24,666 nucleotides of DNA from a virus (lineage: Duplodnaviria; Caudoviricetes). Shown piece by piece: positions 16,593 through 24,666 of this stretch. Below the pieces are notes generated by a model, which saw only the letters and a program-made list of their open reading frames with translations, was not told the origin of the DNA and did no database searches. A program made the position numbers and the translations under genes. The stretch is taken from IMG/VR virus record IMGVR_UViG_3300044512_000110, positions 1 to 24,666 of that record. The stretch is one strand, 5' to 3'. How positions within the stretch are numbered: position 1 is the first letter of the stretch; each line of letters starts with the position of its first letter.

Positions 16593-16982
16593 TTATACCG
16601 TAGTCTCTGACAATGCGCCGTCACCCTGCACTGAAATCGACGCTTCAATGTTGCCATCGAATGACGCTGATCGAGTAATGCCAGTGACAATTGCTGTGCC
16701 GGTGTAATAAGTATCACCAGACGTGTCGCCTTCAGGGTAGAAGTTCAAAGTAACCTCTGCACCGATAGTAAGCGCGCCCTGCCCACTTGTATCTGTCTCA
16801 TCCCAGTAGACATCAACAGAGCCACTGAATGTGCTAAGACTTGCAACATAAGCGCGGCTTGTTGCGCCCATAATTGTCTGCTCTAAGGTGTCAGCTGACT
16901 CCTCAATTGAATAAGAACGAATGTTGGCAATCGCATTTGATCCAACCTTCACCGTTCCTTCTGAACCTTTATGAATTGCCAT
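16593..16982 (-). CDS. Major tail tube protein (129 aa)
   Basis: Motifs KGSEG.VK.G, SYSIEESADT.E, FSGSVDVYWD, LNFYPEG, YTGTAIVTG and SVQGDGAL; strong RBS GAGGAGG; canonical position. Confidence 0.85.
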   Translation of the reverse strand: MAIHKGSEGTVKVGSNAIANIRSYSIEESADTLEQTIMGATSRAYVASLSTFSGSVDVYWDETDTSGQGALTIGAEVTLNFYPEGDTSGDTYYTGTAIVTGITRSASFDGNIEASISVQGDGALSETTV

Positions 16983-16985
16983 CGT

Positions 16986-17150
16986 TTATTCCTCCTCGGA
17001 ATCTTCGTTTTCTACCACTTCCACTTGAGGCTCTTCAGCCTCCAAAACAGGCTCTTCAGCCTGAACCAGTTTCCAGCCTTTACGCAACATCTCATCAACC
17101 TTGTGAGCCATCACTTTAATGTGCGTATCACCGTAATTCATTTTGATCAT
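16986..17150 (-). CDS. Small acidic hypothetical protein (54 aa)
   Basis: Below the ORF-track cutoff; translated by hand: MIKMNYGDTHIKVMAHKVDEMLRKGWKLVQAEEPVLEAEEPQVEVVENEDSEEE*. ATGA-coupled to the upstream gene and fills the gap exactly. Confidence 0.75.
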   Translation of the reverse strand: MIKMNYGDTHIKVMAHKVDEMLRKGWKLVQAEEPVLEAEEPQVEVVENEDSEEE

Positions 17151-17590
17151 ATCGCTGTCTCCGCGTCATCTTCCCCAGTGAAGTAATCAATCTCAACTTC
17201 CATTGTCGCGTAAGCAATCGGCTGATCACCATCACCAGAGAATTGTGAGTCAAATGATACCACTCGTGTATCTTTTGCGAATCCACCTCTCGTTAAATCT
17301 GTATAAAGTGCAGCCTCAACTTCAAGCGCTATCTTATCCAGCGTGTCATCGTAATTGGTGAGCGCCTTCACATAAGCCTCAACCGCGATTCTCAGCGTGC
17401 GCTCTTTAGCGCGCGGCACCGTGATTGTCTGATATTCAACATCTTCAGTGCGCGTATAGATCGCAATACCCGGCAACTTGTCCTCAGCCAGCGGGTAAAC
17501 GCGTGTCTGATACACATTCGAGCCTGTTGTTGTAAGGCCCGTTAATGCGGTTTTGACGTTATCCCTGATCGCCTTTCTTACGTGAGCCAC
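17147..17590 (-). CDS. Tail terminator / tail completion protein, gpU-like (147 aa)
   Basis: GTG start with GGAG RBS; motifs HVRKAIRD.V..AL, V..TRVYPL...LPGI.IY and DDTLD.IA.EVEAAL; position before the tail tube gene. Confidence 0.75.
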   Translation of the reverse strand: MAHVRKAIRDNVKTALTGLTTTGSNVYQTRVYPLAEDKLPGIAIYTRTEDVEYQTITVPRAKERTLRIAVEAYVKALTNYDDTLDKIALEVEAALYTDLTRGGFAKDTRVVSFDSQFSGDGDQPIAYATMEVEIDYFTGEDDAETAI

Positions 17591-17895
17591 GGATCTTTCT
17601 CCAGCATTATCTCAGTCATACCGGTTCCATCTGGCATCACCACGCGAATCGTATAATCCACGCTTGCAATAGTGATCACGTCACCTTCTTTCATGCCCGA
17701 GACATCACCATCACGAGCTAAAATCTTTGGTTGTTGTGTAGCAAAAGCAACGCTTCCGCCAACATCAACATCCAGGTATTCATTGTCAAAGATTACTGTG
17801 ATGCTTTTCTCAGGGCCAAATGACGGGGCATAGGTTGCTGTTACCCCAAAATCAGCAAGAAATATAGCGCGATCAGCAGCAAGCTCGACAGCCAT
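17578..17895 (-). CDS. Head-tail joining / head closure protein, lambda gpFII-like (105 aa)
   Basis: Motifs FLADFGV, ITVIFD.EY, GD.ITI...DY.I....PDGTGMT..L; position after the capsid gene. Confidence 0.75.
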   Translation of the reverse strand: MAVELAADRAIFLADFGVTATYAPSFGPEKSITVIFDNEYLDVDVGGSVAFATQQPKILARDGDVSGMKEGDVITIASVDYTIRVVMPDGTGMTEIMLEKDPWLT

Positions 17896-18113
17896 TATTC
17901 AGCCTTTTTCTTTGCGCGAGTTCGTCGCTTAGGCTTAGTTTCTTCATCAAGGCCAACAGAGCGATTCACCGTCTCAGCCTTCTTTTCCACAACAGGCGCA
18001 ATTCTGTTAATACCTAACAGAGACTTCACCTCGTTTTCTGGCACCTCAACAACATCACCCGCTTTAACAGATGCGCCGCCGATCACTGTGCCTTTTAGAA
18101 CTAGATATTTCAT
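17895..18113 (-). CDS. Small basic-tailed hypothetical protein after the capsid gene (72 aa)
   Basis: ATG at 18113 with a GAGG RBS 6 nt upstream (the track's TTG at 18125 lies in the terminator); motif KAGDVVEV; Lys/Arg-rich C-terminus. Confidence 0.7.
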   Translation of the reverse strand: MKYLVLKGTVIGGASVKAGDVVEVPENEVKSLLGINRIAPVVEKKAETVNRSVGLDEETKPKRRTRAKKKAE

Positions 18114-18123
18114 AAACAACCTC

Positions 18124-18150
18124 AAGAAAACCCGCCCCGGAGGGCGGGCT
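18124..18150 (-). terminator. Rho-independent terminator downstream of the major capsid gene
   Basis: Minus strand GCCCGCCC-TCCG-GGGCGGGT-TTTCTT: GC-rich stem, 4-nt loop and U-rich tail, 8 nt after the capsid stop. Confidence 0.88.
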
Positions 18151-18157
18151 ATGAGCT

Positions 18158-20713
18158 TTAGCCGTCGTTACCGAATGCGAAGCTAACCGCGTGGCGTACT
18201 GCCACGTCTACAGACTGAAGCGCTACAACGCGAACAGTGCCGCTAGTGCTGTTAGTGTATGGATCAACAACGATGTCGAGTCCTCCAAACATACCAACGA
18301 GCAAGTCAGCAAAGTTACCGAAGTAAAGGTTTCCAGCTGTACACTGGTTAGAAACGATGCCACGGTAGCCGTTAATTGAACCACCAGGCTCAACAACGAA
18401 CTGCGCAGTGCCAGACGCTTTCTCAGTTGTCTTCAGAGCGCCGTACATAGAAGCGGGCAAGATGTATGCCAAGTTTCCAGTAAGAGCGTTGTCCTCAGCA
18501 ACCGCAGTTTCCAGAGTTACAACCTCAGCGAAGGTTGGGTTAGCAGCCGCGAAAGCAGTCACAGTGTTGACACCAGAGGTGTTCAAGATACCTGTAGGCT
18601 GTCCGCTTGAGCCAGAGCCTTCCAAACCAGCCAAGTCAATCGCAGTTGCGATAGCTTGTGCCAAGTCATCACGCATCATTGCCTCAACATCCATTGAAGA
18701 TTGGATGAGCAATTGACGTGTTACGTCAGTGTGCGCGCCGAGTGTCTTAGGTGTCATTGAAACCTGTCCAACAACCATTTCTGATTCAGCCGATGCACCG
18801 CCTTCAGTAGCGATCCAACCCGCTGAAGCAGCAGTTGTTTTCTTAGGAATCTTAACGTCACCAGAAAGGCCGCCGAGCATACGTGCGCCCGCTTGCATCA
18901 CAGATGAAGCGTTGCGGAGTACGTCGATGAACTCACCACCACGGAAATCGTCAGTAAACAACTCTGACTCATCCGCTGAGTTTAGATCACGAGTCCAGTT
19001 ACGCAGAACGTCAGCTGGGAGCATGATGCCTTGTGCTGACTTGCCATACTGATCAGCAGCGGCGCGTGAACATTCAAATTCAAACGCTGCGGCTTCCTGA
19101 GCGCGTCGATCAGTTGGGTTTGCCATAGCGTGTACAGCGCGAACGAGTGAGAAGCGCTGTGCTTCTTTCTTGTTCAAGCCGATTTCTTGGCTTTCCAATG
19201 AACGATCAGAGCCAATCACTTCAAGCAACTCACCACGAAACTCTTCGATAGACTTGCCTTCTGAGATTGCACGCTGTGCGAGATCAGATTTGCTGTGACG
19301 TGCGCCAAGCTCAACAATTTGAGCGGCGTTCTTTTGGGCGGCTTTACGAGCATCTGCTTCGACTGCCGCGATATCAATTGATTCTGACATGGGTATCTCC
19401 TTAAAGTCAGTTTTAATCACGGGTTGAGATGAAGCAGAGCCTGATCGCCCAACACCCACGGAGGCATCCGCAGGAATTGAAACCAAACTTGCCTCGACTG
19501 GACGCCAAGACTTAGCCACATAAGTGTCCTTGTCTTTTCTTTCCAGTTTGTTGATGGCATAACCAATGGACACGTTAGCCTTGATCCCATCAACTACATC
19601 GTCGAAAGCCTCTCTAGCAAGTGCGCCTTTGCCAAAACGCACCGTCGCACGGAGCCGCCGTGCCGAGCCGTCGAGATCGACAGATTCCACCACGCCAATT
19701 TGTCTTTCTGGATCGTGATCCAAAAGAAGCGGGGCGCGTCCGCTATTCAAGAAACTCAGATCAATTGCTTCTTCTGAGTGTTCTAATACTTCCATTCCGA
19801 ATGAGCGTTGTACTGGCTCCTCAGAACTTACAGCCATCTTTACGCGGCGCGACTCTTCATCAACCGCCTTGGCCGAAAGTTCCATTGCACGATGAGTGAT
19901 CTCAACGCTGCCTTTGCGTTCTTCCGCTTCCTCTTCTTCAGCATCATCTTCAGACTTGCCGAACTCGATAATCACTGAATCAGCTGTTTCGGTTACGTTC
20001 TTGATATGACGCTCTTCCTCATCATATCCACGGATAGGATCAATCTTAGTCAGCGTTGAAAAGCGATGGCCGACTCGCACGTCACTCTCGTTACCTTCGC
20101 TGTCATAGACGCGAATCAATGCCGCAGGATCATCCTCAGTACCATTCACAGTGAAGTCTGAATCAGGCACATTGATTGATCCATCACGCTCAATGCGCTC
20201 GATCTTTCCTCTTGCTCTGCCGCCTGATGAGTTCCAGCTTACAAAGTCGCCAACCGACAGCGCATCTGGCTCTGCTCGTGTTTCTGTTTCCATTGGCTCA
20301 TCCTCTTCGCCTTCTTCATAACTAGCGAGTATATCAGCTCGCTCATCTAGTTCATCATCGTTTGTTCGATCATCTAGTGAATTGAGTCTTTGCGTGATTC
20401 TGTTTGCCCAAGACTCTCCAGCATCTCCTCCCCAAAGCTCCCAAGCAATTCGTCCTGCGCTGGGGAATCCTTCCTCTCCACTACTGAATCCTTCGGCCTG
20501 TTTATCAACAGTGTGTCGCGCAAAATAGCTATACATACGCCGAACAGTATTGATACTGAGATCGCGACGGTTAATGAGATCACGAGCGCGAGCGACGCCA
20601 ACCTCAGTACCGCCACGCCCAAATTCCTCACGCCATTCCAAACCGCGTTTAGCATTGTTTGCCATCGCCTCCGTTGGTTTTGTATTTATTTCCTCGCCCT
20701 TATACGTCGCCAT
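18158..20713 (-). CDS. Multi-domain prohead protease / HK97-fold major capsid fusion protein (851 aa)
   Basis: Central HK97-family (U35-like) protease motifs PLLLDHD, VSIGY and EASLVSIPAD. The C-terminal ~410 aa have HK97 capsid motifs (FIDVLRN.S, AGWIATEG, MTPKTLG, G.GSSGQPTGILN, FGNFADL, VDPYT, VAVRHA.SF). Two extra N-terminal domains are present. Confidence 0.92.
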   Translation of the reverse strand: MATYKGEEINTKPTEAMANNAKRGLEWREEFGRGGTEVGVARARDLINRRDLSINTVRRMYSYFARHTVDKQAEGFSSGEEGFPSAGRIAWELWGGDAGESWANRITQRLNSLDDRTNDDELDERADILASYEEGEEDEPMETETRAEPDALSVGDFVSWNSSGGRARGKIERIERDGSINVPDSDFTVNGTEDDPAALIRVYDSEGNESDVRVGHRFSTLTKIDPIRGYDEEERHIKNVTETADSVIIEFGKSEDDAEEEEAEERKGSVEITHRAMELSAKAVDEESRRVKMAVSSEEPVQRSFGMEVLEHSEEAIDLSFLNSGRAPLLLDHDPERQIGVVESVDLDGSARRLRATVRFGKGALAREAFDDVVDGIKANVSIGYAINKLERKDKDTYVAKSWRPVEASLVSIPADASVGVGRSGSASSQPVIKTDFKEIPMSESIDIAAVEADARKAAQKNAAQIVELGARHSKSDLAQRAISEGKSIEEFRGELLEVIGSDRSLESQEIGLNKKEAQRFSLVRAVHAMANPTDRRAQEAAAFEFECSRAAADQYGKSAQGIMLPADVLRNWTRDLNSADESELFTDDFRGGEFIDVLRNASSVMQAGARMLGGLSGDVKIPKKTTAASAGWIATEGGASAESEMVVGQVSMTPKTLGAHTDVTRQLLIQSSMDVEAMMRDDLAQAIATAIDLAGLEGSGSSGQPTGILNTSGVNTVTAFAAANPTFAEVVTLETAVAEDNALTGNLAYILPASMYGALKTTEKASGTAQFVVEPGGSINGYRGIVSNQCTAGNLYFGNFADLLVGMFGGLDIVVDPYTNSTSGTVRVVALQSVDVAVRHAVSFAFGNDG
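19388..19403 (-). promoter_or_regulatory. Internal RBS and in-frame ATG for a stand-alone capsid protein (18158..19390, 410 aa)
   Basis: TAAGGAG-ATACCC-ATG TCA GAA: strong Shine-Dalgarno 6 nt before Met442, at the protease/capsid boundary. Confidence 0.7.
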
Positions 20714-22178
20714 CAGTCACCTCGGGAACCACCGGCATCATCATAGCCGCGTAAGGCTCAAGCGCATACTTAACGCCGAACTGTTCCATCAAGCTCTTAT
20801 CACGCTGAATCTCAGCAAGAAGCTCTTCAGTGTCTTTTCCGTACTGGCTCGCCACGTCTTGCAGACTAAGAACGCCAGCCTTCATTCCGTTAATGGCCGC
20901 ATTCATCTCTTTCTGTGGATCAACCCAGTTCCATGCGCGGCCTCGGAACTCAGCAGCGCCTTTGAACTTATCGAGCGTAGACAGCGGCAAGCGCACGCCT
21001 TGCACCTCAAGTGCCGATTCAAGCCATGCCTCAAACACAGGGCGGACAAAGTGATCAATCATGAACTGCTGGAGGTTACGGTAGTAATCACGTTCCTCAA
21101 GCGCGCCCTGGCGAATAGAACTGTAAGACGTAGCCTCAAGATCGTTAGCCAGTGACGTATAAGAAACATTGAGCGCCGATGCGATGCCCTTTAGCACCGA
21201 TTTATGGAAGCTGTCGAATTCGCTGTTAGGGTACTGGGGATCAAACGTCTTGAAATCTACGCCGTTGGGAAGCTGGTGAAAGGTTCCAGGTTGAGCGTCA
21301 ATGATAGGAACATTGCCATCAAGCTCATCAGCAACGAATCCGTCACCTGATGGACTCGTAAAAAAACCCATCTTAGATGCGCCCATACGTGCCGCAACAA
21401 TTGATGCCTCACGCCAGCCATTTAACTGCTTAAGCGATGCCATTGCTGGGGCCATCCACGGCTCACCGCGAGTTTGTCCGGGGCGCAAAGGCTGAAATAT
21501 ATGAATAACGCGATCAGCAGGGATGCGACGATGCTTAGGAGTGCGTGTTTGCGTCGTAAAGTCGTAATCACCGGGGTGATACGTGAGCAAATGGTACGCG
21601 ATAGGCTTTCGGAACTTGTCCAATTCAACGCCCATGCGGATCTCATTGCCATTCGACAATCTTTCAGACTTTTCTTCATCTACCTGATCAGGCTCTATAA
21701 ATTCCAACGCAAACGAGTCATGAAAGTCATTACCGCGATGCTTGATGATGAAAACCTCACCATCACGCGCCAGACTCTCAATAACCATCTTCTGCACGTC
21801 GATCCAGGACATCTTCCCGTCCGCCGTGCAGTTCCCCTTGCGCCCCCAAGCCTTAAAACCTTGCTCAACAGCACTGTTCCCTGGCTGATCTAGCGCACCA
21901 GCGGGATCGAGTGCTTTAACTTGTAGCTTTACACCGTACTGCCCAACCGTATTTGTCTTGAGAAGCGACAGATAACGCTTGGCGTATTCGTTGTTACGCG
22001 CCAGATCCCGTGATCTTGCACGCATACGCGAAATAACTGGATAAAGCTCGCTATCAGCAGAGCGCTCTGACTCTCGATAATCAGCGAACAAACGGCCTGT
22101 GTTAGCCGCTGAATACGCTCTTTTGAAAGTCTTGTTCTTTGTATCAGGTTTAGATTTCAAAAAGTCGAACAGAGCCAT
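20700..22178 (-). CDS. Portal protein, lambda family (492 aa)
   Basis: Motifs RARSRDLARNN.YA, DGEVFI, I.MGVELD, VIHIF...RPGQTRG.PW, and SYSSIRQG.LE...W.WVDP.KE. Confidence 0.95.
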   Translation of the reverse strand: MALFDFLKSKPDTKNKTFKRAYSAANTGRLFADYRESERSADSELYPVISRMRARSRDLARNNEYAKRYLSLLKTNTVGQYGVKLQVKALDPAGALDQPGNSAVEQGFKAWGRKGNCTADGKMSWIDVQKMVIESLARDGEVFIIKHRGNDFHDSFALEFIEPDQVDEEKSERLSNGNEIRMGVELDKFRKPIAYHLLTYHPGDYDFTTQTRTPKHRRIPADRVIHIFQPLRPGQTRGEPWMAPAMASLKQLNGWREASIVAARMGASKMGFFTSPSGDGFVADELDGNVPIIDAQPGTFHQLPNGVDFKTFDPQYPNSEFDSFHKSVLKGIASALNVSYTSLANDLEATSYSSIRQGALEERDYYRNLQQFMIDHFVRPVFEAWLESALEVQGVRLPLSTLDKFKGAAEFRGRAWNWVDPQKEMNAAINGMKAGVLSLQDVASQYGKDTEELLAEIQRDKSLMEQFGVKYALEPYAAMMMPVVPEVTDGDV

Positions 22179-22772
22179 TTAAAACCTCACCTGAATCGTC
22201 GAGCCGTTCTTTTTGCCACGCTTAACCAACTCGTGATTCTCGTGTTGCACAATCTCGCGACGATAGTAATCACGCGCCTCAACTAACTCGCTGAAGCTCA
22301 ACTTGGTAAGCGAGCGCCCAGCGATTGAATAGCTTGCAACATCTGAGTCGGCTTTGCCGGATAAAAGCGATTCGATCTTAGTCAGCATGATCTCAGCGTG
22401 AATGCGGGGATCAGCTTGGTTGTTATCCATATCAGGGATGGCAGTGAAATCGCCAAGATCGACAACAATGCGGTTTCCTGAGCTTGTTTGAGTGATTTCC
22501 AGCTGCCAGTGATACTTGCCAACAGTAAAGTCGGCACTTGTATCGCTATCAGCGGTAAAAAGGTAATAACTATCAGTCGAACCAGCGGCTTGTGCTATTT
22601 TGATCTCGGAGGCACCGCCACCTGTAATTCTTGCCACATATTCGGCTGTGTAGCCGCTAGAAGTTGGATAATCTTGCGCGATATCAGATCGCTTCCATTG
22701 TATGAAGTCGCCAACAACGATCTCATCAGGTTCACCTTCTGGAGCGTTCGCAGCAAGAAATAAGTTCGCCAT
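22179..22772 (-). CDS. Head completion / head-tail joining protein, gpW-like with N-terminal extension (197 aa)
   Basis: Lies between terminase and portal as lambda W does; C-terminal motif VASYSIAGRSLTKL...ELVEARDYYRREI resembles gpW-like adaptors. Confidence 0.65.
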   Translation of the reverse strand: MANLFLAANAPEGEPDEIVVGDFIQWKRSDIAQDYPTSSGYTAEYVARITGGGASEIKIAQAAGSTDSYYLFTADSDTSADFTVGKYHWQLEITQTSSGNRIVVDLGDFTAIPDMDNNQADPRIHAEIMLTKIESLLSGKADSDVASYSIAGRSLTKLSFSELVEARDYYRREIVQHENHELVKRGKKNGSTIQVRF

Positions 22773-22775
22773 ATT

Positions 22776-24608
22776 CTATCGCCATGATGTCGCAAAATTC
22801 CCACGCGGCTTTCCACGCTGGAGGTAAGAGGTTTGTCTTTGCTCTTGTTCACTACTTTCAACCGCATCTTGCGCGTTTTCCAGTTTGTCAGCAAGGGCAT
22901 TGACATTCACCCCTAATATACCATATGCCGCTAATGCGTACACCATACAGTCGAGCGCCTCATTTCGCGGGCGAATCTTCTCAAAAACACGCTTTTTAAA
23001 GCCTCTGTGGAAGCGAGTCACAATCTTTTCAGCCGTAAGTTGCCGAAAGTATTCATCATTTAAAGCATTAGCGAAGTGCATATAACCCGGCCCAGCCTCT
23101 TTGATTCGCATCCTGGCGAATAACAAATCCTTTGCGGTGTCTACGCCAACGGGAAAAAGTAGACATTTACCGATATTATTCTTCGATGGACGCCCTGAAA
23201 TCGGTTTTCCCTCGCCACCAACGCCCTTGATGGCAAAAATGCGCCTTGGTGCGTTCTTTTTGCAGTACGCATACACAGAATTCGTAAAATGTCCGCCCGA
23301 ATCCACGCAACTTGCGCGAATTGCTATCTGTCGGCCTGATTCCGTCTCAAATTGCGTGTTTAAGACAGAATCGAGGTTAGTCCACAGCTGCGGAGTGCTT
23401 GGATCGCCGTAAAGCGTCTCGTGCGCTATCACGTACGTCTCATCATCGCGTCCCCAACCGATAATCGACACCTCAAGCCGGTTATCCTGCACATCCACAC
23501 CCGCCGTCATCAAAATCACGTCATCTGGCACGTTTGGCATCTGTTCACGGCGTTCAGACAGTTCATAATCGTCCACTGTCTCGCCCTCATCCTCCCAAGT
23601 TTCGCCCCAATACGTGTTGCAGAATACTCTTAGCTGTTCAGGGTTCTTTTTAACGCTCAGAAACTCGCGCACAGCGTCGCTAAGTGATGTCCAAGGCGAA
23701 TACATACCATTGATAGCAAAGCCCGCCACGCTCGATTCTGGCTGTGTCACAACCCATTCACCATTGCGAATAGCCCAAATTCGATCACTCTCAGTCCACA
23801 TAACGGCACAATGCTCACACACATAGTGCGCTGAATCGGGGTTTCCATCGTCCCAGCGGACGTTCGCCCACTTCATCACCTGCGGCTCGTGGCAATGCTT
23901 GCAGGGCACATGGTAAAAACGCTTGTCAGACGCCTCAAAAGCCTCTTCGATGCGTGATGAGTTTTTGTTGGTGGGTGTTGAAACCATAATCACCTTGCGA
24001 TTCCAGAAAGTCGCGCTCCGCTTGCGTGCCAGCTGTATCGGATCGCCCTCAGAGCCAGCAGACGTTGGATAGCGATCAACCTCATCGCACAAGACGATTC
24101 TTATGGGGCGGCTCGCCAAACCTGCCGGAGAATTTGCACCAACGATAGTAATCGCGCCTCCTGGAAAGACTTTGTGAAGCGTCGTATTGCCAGAATCACG
24201 CGCTCGGGGATCTTTGACTTTATCTTGCAGACAAGGTGTCGAGCGTAGTAGCCCCGCAGCGATACGATCCTTACTAAATGCTTGAGCCATTTCCAGCGTC
24301 GGCTGTAGCACCAGAATTGGACTCGGATCGTTATCAATGTGATATCCAATAATATTAAGAATCGCTTCAGTCTTACCAAGCTGCGCTCCCGCCATAACAA
24401 CGACTTCTTTGATTGTGGGATCACTGCAAGCATTCATTATCCCCCTTTGGTATTCAGCCCGCGATGTGTACCAGCGGCCAGGCTCAGAACTGCTCTGAGA
24501 ATCAAGCCGTCTCTCAGCATCAGCCCAATCTGCCACGTTAAGTTTTGGCGGTGGACTCCAAGCGGACATTCCAGCCAATAGCAATTCACGCGCATCACTT
24601 AGCTTCAT
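22776..24608 (-). CDS. terL: Terminase large subunit, lambda gpA family (610 aa)
   Basis: Walker A MAGAQLGKT, Walker B IVLCDE, STPT coupling motif, CKHC/CEHC zinc motif, and nuclease motifs AGVDVQ, VDSGG, RNEALDC. Confidence 0.96.
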   Translation of the reverse strand: MKLSDARELLLAGMSAWSPPPKLNVADWADAERRLDSQSSSEPGRWYTSRAEYQRGIMNACSDPTIKEVVVMAGAQLGKTEAILNIIGYHIDNDPSPILVLQPTLEMAQAFSKDRIAAGLLRSTPCLQDKVKDPRARDSGNTTLHKVFPGGAITIVGANSPAGLASRPIRIVLCDEVDRYPTSAGSEGDPIQLARKRSATFWNRKVIMVSTPTNKNSSRIEEAFEASDKRFYHVPCKHCHEPQVMKWANVRWDDGNPDSAHYVCEHCAVMWTESDRIWAIRNGEWVVTQPESSVAGFAINGMYSPWTSLSDAVREFLSVKKNPEQLRVFCNTYWGETWEDEGETVDDYELSERREQMPNVPDDVILMTAGVDVQDNRLEVSIIGWGRDDETYVIAHETLYGDPSTPQLWTNLDSVLNTQFETESGRQIAIRASCVDSGGHFTNSVYAYCKKNAPRRIFAIKGVGGEGKPISGRPSKNNIGKCLLFPVGVDTAKDLLFARMRIKEAGPGYMHFANALNDEYFRQLTAEKIVTRFHRGFKKRVFEKIRPRNEALDCMVYALAAYGILGVNVNALADKLENAQDAVESSEQEQRQTSYLQRGKPRGNFATSWR

Positions 24609-24666
24609 TTTTTACGAACGCCACCCAATGTGTGTTTGCTTTCTTGCCGCTACGATGCCCATATAA
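24595..24666 (-). CDS. C-terminal end of a phage class I SAM-dependent methyltransferase (partial)
   Basis: Translated by hand: ...LYGHRSGKKANTHWVAFVKNEAK*, matching the PL[FY]GH[KR]SGK..NTHW..F.K terminus I recall from small phage methyltransferases. Overlaps the terL start by 14 nt. Only 23 aa are visible. Confidence 0.6.
   Translation of the reverse strand, partial: LYGHRSGKKANTHWVAFVKNEAK

Overview
The window is the late (virion morphogenesis) operon of a tailed dsDNA phage of siphovirus type, with all real genes on the minus strand and mostly translationally coupled. Read right to left it encodes: the 3' end of a phage SAM-dependent methyltransferase, a lambda gpA-type terminase large subunit, a gpW-like protein, a lambda-family portal, and an unusual 851-aa polyprotein (two extra N-terminal domains + HK97-type prohead protease + major capsid protein) followed by a terminator. 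Then come head-tail and tail-terminator proteins, the tail tube, a tail assembly chaperone with a GGGAAAC -1 frameshift, the tape measure, Dit-like and hub-like proteins, a GNAT-like protein, and a gpJ-like tail tip with repeats. After these lie a BppU-like adaptor, accessory fibre proteins, a 1375-aa repeat-rich mosaic tail fibre and small downstream proteins. The left end is a cluster of three overlapping genes for envelope-targeted proteins (two with signal peptides, one membrane-anchored) of unknown function. Very acidic proteins and the gene families present suggest an uncultured marine proteobacterial phage (inference). No integrase, RNA gene, CRISPR array or reverse transcriptase is visible. 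All assignments come from motif recognition and synteny; no database searches were run.
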